A DNA stretch of 64,000 bases, taken from Felis catus (lineage: Eukaryota). The notes beneath the pieces are model-generated. The model was not told the DNA's origin. It worked only from the letters and a program-made list of their open reading frames with translations, and did not search any database. Positions 17,801 through 29,800 of this stretch are shown in pieces (positions within the stretch are counted from its first letter, which is position 1; every line of letters begins with the position of its first letter). The stretch is from contig NC_058369.1 in assembly GCF_018350175.1 (NCBI RefSeq), forward strand, positions 14,386,001 to 14,450,000, in the 5' to 3' direction. A program made the translations under genes and the position numbers.

Positions 17801-20800
17801 ACAACTTAAGAACAAAAAGACACGCCAATTTAAAAGTGGGCAAAGGACTAAAACAGACGTTTCTCCAAATAAGCTATACAAATGACCAATTAGTACATGA
17901 AAAGATGATCAACACCATCAGACATTAGGGAAATGTGATTCAAAACTACAACGTGATTCCACTTTATACCTACTAGGACGGCTATTATAAAAAGGCAAAG
18001 ATGTGGAGAAATGGGAAGGCTGTGCACGGTTGGTAGGAACAGAAAATGGCGTACTTGCTACAGAAAATAGTTTGGTGGACCTTCAAAGAGTTAAAGAGAA
18101 TTACGATATGGTCCAGTGATTCCACTCCTAGGTATGGACCCAAAAGAATCAAATCACGGATTCAAATGGTACTTGCAGACCAAAGTTCACAGCAGCACTA
18201 TTCACAGCTGCCAAAAGGTGGAAACCCATGTGTCCATCAACCGATGAATGGATAAAGTGCAGTCCAGCCATAAAATGGAATATTACTCAGTCATAAGAAG
18301 GAATGAAACTCTGACACATGCTATGCCAGAACACAGATGAACCTTGGAAACATTCTGCTCAGTGAAAAAAGCCAGACTCTCCTGACAGAGCAGGGGGAAG
18401 GGGATCAGCCCACCTGACAGAGGTGAGGGAGAGGCGTCTACATCCCTCTGTACCAGCTCGGCGGGCGGGAGTTCCACTTTGTCCTCTTCAGGCCCCCACC
18501 GGCTCTTTCGCTTCTTTTTCACAGTGGCTGTGGTGGCCGGCTTCCCAGGGATGGTTGGAGCTGGGGTGACTGCAGGCGAGGGGGCAGATGAGGCAGGGCA
18601 GGCAGCAGCTGGGGGTAAGGACCCTGATGGGGTCTCAGGAGGGGATTTGCGTTTCAGGCTGAGGTCGGGTGCCATGAGAGTGCCTGTGGGGCCAGCCTTA
18701 GCTTTCCGGAACTCCTCCAGCTTCTGGCGGTAGTATTTGTACCCTTGGCTGTTGGGTTCGTATAGAAAGCTGCAAAGGAGAGTGGGGGGCACACCATCAG
18801 CTGGGCCCAAGCTCCCTGCCTGATTCTGGGCAGGAGCAGCTTGGGCCTTGTGCACACATGCTCAGGTTAGCCAGAGTTATGGCTTGAGGATTGAGGTCTC
18901 CACCATGACCTCCTGCACTGCCAGGCTTTAGTGGCTGCTGGGTCCGGGAGCCCAAGCTTGAGGAACAGTGTGACATACTCAGAGCTTGTCACCATGTCAC
19001 TCCTATGAGCACTGGTCAAAGTCCCTATGCCAGCGCTGTCAGACACCCATCACAACATAATTGATCCCGTTTCAAAAAAAAGGGGCGGGTTCTCTCAGAC
19101 CTTCCCCAGGCTCTGTAGGGCTTCCTCCCCTGCTGCTCTAGATGAGCACACTGGTGCCTTCAAGAAATCCTGAGTTGGGAGAGACACCTGGTGCTAGAAA
19201 GGCAAGATCCGTCCCAAACCTGACAGCTTGGCACATCTGTGCTTCTCTCTGATGTATCCTTGAGAGGCATCAATAGCAAATGGAGCCAAAACAAAACTCG
19301 GAATGGATAGGGACTGCACTCCAACTGAAGGGCAAAAGCCCCCACCTCACTGGAAGCCGAGGGTCCCCTTGGTCCCCCCTCCCACCCCCGCCACTAACCC
19401 CAGTCCCAAGTGTGAAGCAGGCAGAAACGACAGCTCCCTCTGCACCTGCCCAGCATCTCTCAATTATGCAGGTCTTGAGCTGACAGTCCCAATTCTGGGG
19501 CCCACAACAGAGGGAAGAGTCACAGCTCAGTTCCACACAGCAAAATCTGTGTATAGCATGGGCTACACAGGTCTCAACAAGAGGGGTAGGCCTGCACTCA
19601 TGAACCTGGAGGTTCCGGTTGCAGCATAATACTGTGCTATAAAGCAGTGGGCAGGCTCGAAGATGCTGTAAATTCTTTTCATACAAAAGAATGATAGCAG
19701 AAAGAAACCCCCAAAGACTGTTTCTATGTGTCTCCATGAAAGCCAGGAAGGGGTAGAAGGATCCCAGCCGTGCTAACACTGGTACCTAAGGTGGCACAGA
19801 AGGACGGGGAGATGGTGGCATCTCCTTTGTACTCCTTTATACTTCTTCACCCCAGAAATACACAATGTGAACAGATCTACTTCTATTAAAGAGATTGAGT
19901 GGAGCACCCCTGGCTATTCAGTTGGTAGAGCATGAGACTCTTGATCTAGGGGTTGTGAGTTCAAGTTCCACGTTGGGCGTAGGGAAATTGAGTAAGAACC
20001 TTTCAAAAACAGAAAGCACCAGACCTAGAGCAGTTTACTGACGAAAATACCAAACATTTAAGGAAGAAATTATATCAATTCTCTACAATCCCTTTCACAG
20101 GACAGAAACAGAGAATACTTAACTTATCCAATTACCCTAATACCAAAACCAAAGATTTTGTAAGAAAACTACAGATCAATATCTCTAATGAATACAGATA
20201 TAAAAATCCTCAACCAAATATTAGCAGACTGAATCTACAAATGTGTAAGAATTACAGGGGGGTGGGGGGACAGGCGAAATAGGTGAAAATGATGAAGAGA
20301 TATAAACTTCTAGTTATAAGTCAAGGGGGGTGAAAAATACAGCATAAGAAATATAGTCAATAACATTGTAATAACTTTGTGTGGTAACACATGGTAACTA
20401 CACCTCTCGCAGTGACCATTTTGTAATGCATATAATTGTCAAATGACTATATTGGACACCTAAAACTAGGTATTAGGTGTCAGCCGTATCTCAAATTAAA
20501 AATTTTTGAAAATTTTTAAAAAAGTATACATCACAACCAAGTGGGATTTATTCCAGGCATGCAAAGCTGGCTTAACATGATCATATCAATAGCTGCAGAA
20601 AAAGCCTTTGACCAAACCCAACACCCATTAGTGATAAAAACATTCAGTAAACTAGAAACATAAGAGAACTTTCTCAATTTGATAAAGAATGTCTACAAAA
20701 AACCTATAGCTAGCATCATACTTAATAGTGAGAAACTAGAAGTTTTCCCACTTAGGAACAAAGCCAGAATATCCCACCCCAATGTTTTCAACACTGTACC

Positions 20801-23800
20801 AGAAGTCTTAGCTAATGCGAACAGCAGATATACCAACTGAGAAAGAAGAAATAAAACGATTTTCAAGTAACATCATCTATGTAGAAAAAATAGATTAAAA
20901 AACTGTTGGAACTGGACAGCCTGGCTGGCTCACTCAGTTAATCGTCTGACACCTGATTTTGGTTCAGGACATGATCCCAGGGTCATGGGATTGAGTCCCA
21001 CTGGGCTCCGCGCTAAGCACGGATCCTGTTTAAGATTCTCTCTCTGGGCACCTGAGTGGCTCAGTTGGTTGGGCATCCGACTCTAGATTTTGGTGCGGGT
21101 CATGATCTCACGATTTGTGGGATTGAGCCCCACATAGGGTTCTGTGATGACAGAGTGGAGCCTGCTTGGGATTCTGTCTCTCCCTCTCTCTCTGCCCCTT
21201 TCCTGCTTGTGTGTGCATACACACTCTCTCTCAAAAATAAACATTAAAAAAAAATTTTTTTTTCCTCTAAGAGAAAAAAAAATTAAAACTCCAAGAATAA
21301 GTAATTGTAATAAGGCTGCAGGATACAAGGTTAATAAACAAAGCTGGTGCTTTCTTATACACCAGCAATGAACAAGTGGATTTGAAATTAAAAGCACAAT
21401 ACCACTTACATTAGTACACAAAAAAATGAAGTACTTAGGTGTAAGTCTACAAAATATGTACAAATTCTATATGATGAAAACTAGAAAACTCTGATGAATG
21501 AATTCAAAGAACTAAATAAGTGGAGACATATTCCTTGACTCAATATCGTCAAAATATTAGTTCTTTCCAATTTGATTTATAGGTTCGATGCAATCTGAGT
21601 CCAAATCCCAACAAGTTATTTTGTAGGTATGACAAATTGATTCTAAAGCTTACATGGAGACAAAAGACCCAGAATATCCAACACAATATTGTAACAAGAC
21701 CAAAGTTGGAAAACTGACACTACCAGACCTAAAGGCTTACTGTCATATCAAGGCAATGTGGTATCAGTGAAATAACAGACAAATAGATCAACAGAACAGA
21801 TGAAGAAGGGCCCAGAAATAAACCCATATAAACATGGTCAACTGATCTTTGACAAAGGAGCAAAGACAGTCCAATGAGGCAATGACATTCTTTTCAACAA
21901 ATGATACTGAGGAATTGGACATCCACATGCAAACAAACAAACAAACAAACAAACAAACAAACCCCAAAACATCTAGACACAGATCTCATACCCTTCACAA
22001 AAATTAACTAAAAATGGATCATAGACTTATGATGTAAGGCTATAAAACCCCTGGAAGATAATATAGGCAAAAACCTAGATGACTCCATGGATGGCAATGA
22101 CTTTTTAAATATGCTAAAGTCATAATCATGAAAGAAATTCATAAGCTGGACTTCATTAAAACTTCTGCTCTGCAAAAGACAGTTATCAAGAGAAGATACA
22201 CCATTGACTGGGAGACAATATTCGCAAAAGACACATCTGATAAAGGACTATGAGACAAATTATATAAAGAACTCTTACAACTCACAATAAGAAAACTGGG
22301 GCGCTCGGGTACCTCAGTTGGTTAAGCATCCAACTTTGGCTCAGATCATGATCTCAGTTCGTGAGTTCGAGTTCCGCATTGGGCTTTGCACTGAAAGCTC
22401 AGAGCCTGGAGCCTGCTTCGTTTTCTGTGTCTCCCTCTCTCTCGTTGCCCCTCCCCTGCTTGTGCTCTCTCTCAAAACTAAACATTTTTTTTTTAGATGT
22501 TTATTTTTGAGAGACAGAGCGCAAGCTGGAGAGGGGCAGAGAGGGAGGGAGACAGAATCTGAAACAGGTTCCAGGCTCCGAGCTGTCAGCACAGAGCCCG
22601 ACATGGGGCTTGAACCCACGAACCGTGAGATCATGACCTGAGCCAAAGTCAGACGCTCAACCGACTAAGCCACCCAGGCACCCCAAAAATAAACATTAAA
22701 AAAAAAACCCCAGTAAGAAAACAACCCAGTTAAAAAAAACGGGCCGGGGCGCCTGGGTGGCGCAGTCGGTTAAGCGTCCGACTTCAGCCAGGTCACGATC
22801 TCGCGGTCCGTGAGTTCGAGCCCCACGTCAGGCTCTGGGCTGATGGCTCAGAGCCTGGAGCCTGTTTCCGATTCTGTGTCTCCCTCTCTCTCTGCCCCTC
22901 CCCCGTTCATGCTCTGTCTCTCTCTGTCCCAAAAATAAATAAATAAACGTTGAAAAAAAAAATTAAAAAAAAAAAAAAAAACGAGCCAATAATTTTAACA
23001 GACACTTCACCAAAGGACATATACAGAGGCCAAATAAGCATATGAAAAGATGTTCTGCATCCTAGGTCATCAGGGAAATGCAAATTAAAAAACACTCAGA
23101 GACCACTACACATTATTAGAATGGCCCAAATCCAAAACACTGGGAACATCAAATGTTGGCAAGCATGTGGAGCAACAGGAACTCTCACTCACTGCTGGGA
23201 AAAATGCAAACGATACAGCCACTCTGGAAGACAGTTTGGCAGTTTCCCACAAAATCAAACATACCATACACTCTAGCAATCACGTTTCTTGGTATTTACC
23301 CAAGACTTGAAAACTTACGTCCACCCAAAAACCTGCACACAGATGTTTACAGCAGCGTTCTTCACAATTACCAAAACTTGGAAGCAACCAAGATGTCCTG
23401 CAGTAGCTGAATGGACAAACTGTGGTACATCCAGACAGTGGAATATTACTCAGTGGTAAAAAGAAATGAACTGTCAAGCCATACAAAACCACGGAGGACT
23501 AAATCTTAAATGCATGTTACTAAGTAAAGGAAGACTATCTGAAAAGACTACATACTATACAACTCCAATTATATAACATTTTGAAAAGGACAAACTATGG
23601 AGTCAGTAAAAAGATCAGTAGTTGCCAGGAGGAAGAGGGGATAAATAGGCAGAACATGGCTGATATCAGGGCAATGAAAATACTCTGTATGACACCATAA
23701 TGACGGATACAGGTCATTGTACATTTGTCTAAATTCACAGAATGTATAACACCAAGAGTGAACCCTAATGGAGACTATGGACTTTGGGTGATTATATCAA

Positions 23801-26800
23801 TACAGGTTTGTCAATTGTAATAAATGTACTACTCCAGGGGCACCTGGGTTACTCAGTTGGTTGAACGTCCGACTCTTGATTTCAGCTCAGATGGCCTCAA
23901 AGTTTGTGAGATCGAGCCCTGCGTCGGGCTCAGTGCCAAAAGCACACAGCCTGCTTGGGATTCTCTTTCTTCCTCTCTCTCAGTCCCTTCCCAGCGCGCA
24001 TGGTCTCTTTCTCTCTCAAAATAAATAAAATAATAAAAATAGATAAATAGATAACTCTGGCGGGAAATGCTGATAAGAGGGGAAGCCGTGCATGTGCAGG
24101 AGCATATGAGAAATCTCCGTGCCTTCCCTTCAATTTTGCTGTGAACCTAAAGATACTCTAAAACAATGACATCTTAAAAAAAATTAAGAGACAAAAGCAA
24201 AAACTTTTTCAGAAGAACAGGTGGCTGGATTTCAAAAAGATGCTTGGCACCAGAAAGGCTATGATATAGATTTAAAGCTATTTGGTTCCTCTAAGAAAAG
24301 CTGACCTGTGGGATTTGCTTACTGGTGCAGGTGGGAAGCTCCTGACAAGGTAGGTTTTCTCTAGGCTCACAGGCCCCAACTTGGCCTCAGCTGCTGGTTT
24401 GCACTGAGTCTCCTCCAAGTTGCCCCCAGAGGCAGCATCCAAGAGCTCCCTGTGGGTCTGTCTGTGGTGATGGTAGAGTTAACAGCCGCCATTTGACCTG
24501 GGCTCCAGTCAAGAGTGCAGGGGATTGTATAGCAAAGATTCCCTTGGGTAGGAGCGAACCTGCCCCTCGGTTAATCAAACTTAACATGTTGGTGTCTTTC
24601 GTTCCAGTCTTTCTTCTCACTGTAGATTTATCTGAATGGTGCCGTGATTCTACTTTCTATGTTGTTTTTTTTTTTTTTTTAATGTTTACTTATTTTTGAG
24701 AGTGAGAAAGAGCATGAGTTGGGGAGGGGCAAAGAGAGAAAGACACAGAATCTGAAGCAAGCAAGCTCCAGGCTCTGACCTGTCAGCCCCAATGCAGGGC
24801 TCGAACCTACGAACCGTGAGATCATGACCCGAGCCAAAGTCGGACGCTTAACAGACTTAGCCACCCAGGCGCCCCTCTATTTTCTATATTCTGATTTAAA
24901 AGATTTTTTAACTTGACACATAAGGCTTTCCTGTTAAAACGGCATGGAGTGGTGGTGAAAGCACATCCTCCCACTGGTCTCCTTGCCTATTTCCTCCCTT
25001 GGGAGAGGCCAGTAACAGGGCTTTGAAAAGAACAACGTGGCTCACCTGGGTGACAGGTTAGAGTGGCACATGGCTTGTGGTGGATGCTGTGCTTGCTGCT
25101 ACAACCTTCACCCACGTGCCTTCTGATGGCCGCGATTCCACTGAGGAGATGCAGTTATTAAGAATTTAGCCCACTGAGGCTGGACATTAACGTGTTACTC
25201 ATTTTTTTAAGACTATGGATGAGAATGTACTTAACATTATTTCTGGGCCAGCATCTCAGAAGTGGCATGACTGGTCAAAGGAATGGGTGTTTCCAGCTTC
25301 TTTATAGATGAGCAGTTGTCACAGATATGTTTCCCACAACACAGAGCTTGCTGGTGTGTGCCTGGCCCACACGAGGAATCAGGAGGGCAGGGAAGGGCCA
25401 GGAGAGGCAAATACATGAGCTGCTCCTGTTAGATTTGGAGGTGAAAGAAGATGCCTCACACTTGATTCCATGCGAAGATTAAACAGATCACACTGCTCAC
25501 CTTCAGCTACTTCCCCACCGGGCACTCTAGGTTCTGCCCTTGCCCTGGTTGCCCCCTTCTTCCCTCTGGCCTCCACCACAGTAAAACCCAACGAGTTGGG
25601 CAAACACCAATGAAACACAGAGGAACCAGAGCTGCATGCGCTGAGGGCATCTGTCAGCTCTGACCCCAGAGGAAAGGTCTGGCCAGTGCTGCCGGGCCCT
25701 GGACCCCTCTGACCAAGGAGAGGGCTTGGGCTTGCAGCCTTGACAGAAATCCACAACCGTGCTCACTTTGCCTGCTGTAGATTCTCACGGTCAGCTCTAC
25801 TTATGATGAGCGATGGTAAACTAAGTATCTTTCTTAAATAAACCTCCTTAGGTAAATGAGGCTTAAAAAACAAAAAAGGGTACAGAGACTTTTAAGTAGA
25901 CTATTAAGTCAATGCTGGTTTGGGGGGTGCAGAGTGACAGCTGGTATCACAATGATGTCAGGAGATCTCAGGTGGGTCTTTAGGCTAGGCAGACCCCTCT
26001 CTTGAACTCCAGACCCAAACACCCCACAGCCCCCACCAGGGTACCACGGCCCAGGTACAGCATGCAGGGATACCTGAACTCCCCAGCAGCCTTCTCCATG
26101 CTCTGGTCCACCGAGTAACTGAGCCATGGCCCTCCCCTCCACTAGCCTGCAAGGTTCTATCAGCCCCACTTCCTGATGTTCCTCCTCTGCCGGTGTGCTT
26201 TGGCCTGGCGTGTCTAAGCACCCTCCACAACTGTGGCCAGTGACCTTGGAGGCACAGTTCACCCCATCACGCTCTATGTGGACCTTCCAAAGGTGCTCAG
26301 TGAACACGTGAGCCCTGCTTGGCTCCAAGGCCCACCTGCACCGCACACAGACACTCACCTGCACTCCCAACCGCTATGGCACAGTACCTGCATCTCTGCT
26401 GCTTCACTCCTGCTTCCTTTGTCCTGAACGCCCAGCCACTAAATCAACTAGCCCAGACTGTTGCTCCTGGACTTTTTGTTACACATGCCATCATATCTCT
26501 TCACTTTCTGAGTTGGAACCTATGTTATTTATGGCCAAGAACATCCTCATGGGTGCAACACCTCCACACTGAGTTCAGCATCCACCTCATAAGCCCCTGC
26601 TGGTCCCTACCTAGCAGCAGTGACTTCCCAACCCCCCACTCCAACAACCTGCCGCCAAGGAACCTCCCCTAGAGAGGAGGAAGTGCAGAACCCACCCAAA
26701 GAATGCACAGGTACACACAGACCCAGCCTGAGGGGATGGGATGTGGCTGCGTGGCTGGAGACAGCAGGGAAGTCAGGCTGCTTGTCCCACACCTTCCGTG

Positions 26801-29800
26801 GAGCCTGCACACAGGCTGAGGGTTCCCGCTTCACACGGCCTAAGGCACCACATTCCCACTTTCCTCACATTCCTTCACTGTCAACGTCTGATCCTATAAA
26901 AGTACAAAGTCAAAAACGGGAAGAGCCTGGCTCTCTGCCCAAGAGCCTGGCTTACTCTTAGCCTAGGGCTGCCATCTCTGTAACAAAGGGAGCCCGGCAA
27001 GCACCAGAGACTTTCTCTATAAGGCACGTGGAAAACAGAAGACCCCAAAGGCCCTGCACGCCTGCCTCAGAGATGATTTGAGCTCTGACAAGTAGTTGAC
27101 CATGGGGTGGCAGAGCTGGGTTCAAGGGTCAGAGTTACTGGACCCAACCCTGCCACCTTCTGACCGTGGGCCTCTGGCACGTTGAGCCCATGGGGGTTGG
27201 GGGGTGGAGGGGGTGCTGTGATCAACGTGTATGGATGGGTCACCTCCCTATTTAGTACCCCCCTTACCTGAATGCCTGGTTCTCGCGGTTGTTCTGGAGA
27301 GCGATGGTTTCCACTTCTGGACCCCCGTCTGCTATGAACCTGGCCAACTTTTCTGCAAGGTTCTTGGCCTCTTCATCCTCTGGGGGTGAAACTTTAAGCA
27401 GGCTGTCAGTACTGAGCTCAACTCACCACACCCAACAGCCTAATTTCTGCTAAGAACCCCATGGGCAACAAGAGGGGTTTATTTTAGGAACAATGCAAAG
27501 AAAAACAGGCAAATGGGAATCAGATTACTACACTGGGACCAAATACCAGAGTTAATATTACAACATCCCACCCCGCACCCTGCCCCTTCCCGCCCCACAG
27601 ATCACAGAACAGAATGTGAGTGAAGGTCTGGATCCAGGCCAGAGGGGATATGGGAGCCCCACCTCAGTCTTTCTCCCAGGGGTTGCCCATCCAGGTCTCA
27701 CAAGGGAGTGGGCCTGGCCCTCCTTTCCTGGGGAGGTCAGGGCAGAGGGCCTTAGGTGACAAAAAAAAAACCGTACCTACCTCTGTGGCCTGTGTTTGGC
27801 CTAAACATTGATGCCCCTGCCACTTACCATAATCTGACTGGGCTTTTACTTCTTGACAGCTGGAGACCAGCTAGCATCTCCCCCTCCCCGATACTCATTC
27901 CACCAGGAGCTCACTGCCTCCCTCCCCAAGTGTCAGGCACTACATTTATCTCTAGGTCCTCCGTGCCAGACAGGCAGGAGCTCATTTATACTTAAATGAC
28001 CAAGAACCAACAAGCAAGCACTCCTCCCTCCTACCCCCTTTAAAAACACAGAGCTGAGCTCCAAAACATAATAATGACCTTGACCTTGGCCCTCAGACTC
28101 TTTCCCACCTCAGACCACCTGGCCACCTGAGAGGGCACAGAACTGGGCCACTGGCACCACCCCATGTACGGCAAGCCTCCAGGAACCCCGATTCCACATG
28201 GGGTGTGCTTTGTCCACACACCTACCCAGAACCTCCCACATCCTCCACCCACTTACCTTTCTGAAAGGCTGCCTGCAACTTCTGCGCTTCCTTTCTTATC
28301 TCAGCCACCTTCTTTCTGTAGTAGAGGAATTCCCTGCTATTCTTATCATGCAAAAACCTGGAGAGAAGTTTTGCAAAACAGAGAGGAAGATGAGCAGTGG
28401 GGATGCGGTGACCCAAGTAGCTTCTGAAGAATGTTGTGCAAAGCAAGCTGGTGAGCAGAGACACCTTGATGGGGCCCAAGACTAAGTCTCTGCACCACAC
28501 TGGAGCCCCTGCAACCTCCGACATGAGTTAGAAAGCACTCAGAAACTCGGAACAGCATCTGGCCCGTGCGAGCAAGCACCCAGCCCCAACCAGCCTTAGT
28601 AACCAGTAGGGTTTTACAAGAATACACATTACTGTGTGACAAGAACATTAAGTAGTGGTGGCCTTCCCCTCCCAGAAATACTTACGAAAACGCCGGGTTA
28701 TCCTTGTAGTTCTCCATAGCTACTTTTTCTAACTCGGGGCCTCCTTCTGCCACAAAGCGGGCCAATTTCTCTATCACTTTCCGAGTCTCGGCTCCCTCTG
28801 GGGGTGAAACTTTAAGGAGGCTGTCAGTACTGGGGTTCAACTCACACACCTCACAGTCAACAGGCACACTCTCTCTATGGACCACAACGACAGAGGGGTG
28901 GGGGAGAAGAGGGTGAAATGCGGGAGGTTGTCGGGTGTCCTGGGTCCAAGCACATAGCACTGTGATGAGGGGGTTGTCAGTCTAAACAATCTTTGTGAAA
29001 GACACTGGGTGGGAGAGAAGGGTGTGAGCCTCCCAGAGACCAAGCCGATCCCCAAACTGGGAGGGAGACATCAGAAAACATAGCCAGTCTCCCCCTTTTT
29101 TCTTTTATTTACCAGTGTTCAGTTTAACAAATTTGTTTCCTGTCACCAAAGATGACAAATTCCTTTTTAAAGTATCGTTACAAACTCTGACTTAAACACA
29201 TCAAGAGTTTCAATCCACTGATTTAAATGTATCAGGTGGGTTTCAATCCATTGCAATTAATGTCATCGCAGAAGCTCAATTGTCCCCTCTTGGCTGGTAG
29301 AGCCTCTTCAAGCTGGCTCCTGAGGTCTTTGGGCCTGACCCCAGGAGTCTCTGACGGCCTTCTTGCTATCTGCTGGGATAGGGTGCTCCAGGATCATCTC
29401 ATACACTTCCTGACCAAACCTAGAGCCAGCCATTTCTCCAAGAAGTCCTGGTTTCCACGAGGGAGAAAGTGTGTTTCCAGACCACCATCTGGGTGCCAGA
29501 GGCGCTCACTGCAACAGGCTTAATCATTACCTCAGGGCCTTTTCAGTGAACAGAGCTATAAAAATATTTCTTAATATTTGTATTAGCCTCCCCGCCTTTG
29601 ATCCACATGGAACTTGCTTTTGTATCTCATTGCTGGCCTGTTCATGAGGCATCTGTCAGCCCATTTACGCTCACGTCCCTTTTATGAGAACTCCCAGGAG
29701 AAATCTCTCACTGCCAGTGCCTAGCAATGTTCCCTGCTCTTGGCAAGAGGGCTAGACACTGAACCTGCAGCCAATCTTATTCCCTTTGTTGCTTCAGCTG

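Larger units (their letters stand above)
12540..18377 (+). mobile_element. Decayed LINE-1 (ORF2 endonuclease region to 3' UTR, L1M-type), interrupted by SINEs and an LTR
   Basis: A-rich L1 ORF2 hallmarks such as aagtgaaaggatggaaaa, gatgcagaaaaagcatttgacaaaat and ctcttcaacaaatggtgctg; no intact ORF; antisense to SUGP1. Confidence 0.9.
19990..24185 (+). mobile_element. Decayed LINE-1 (ORF2 RT region to an L1MC-like 3' end) with nested SINEs and a second L1 3' fragment (about 20255-20520)
   Basis: L1 ORF2 motifs (gcagaaaaagcctttgac, tgatctttgacaaaggagcaaag) and a 3' UTR ending caattttgctgtgaacctaaa. Confidence 0.85.

Noticed and set aside
19900..19985. tRNA-like segments (also about 3130-3237 and 52415-52510)
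   Set aside because: Heads of older tRNA-derived SINEs; no complete cloverleaf.
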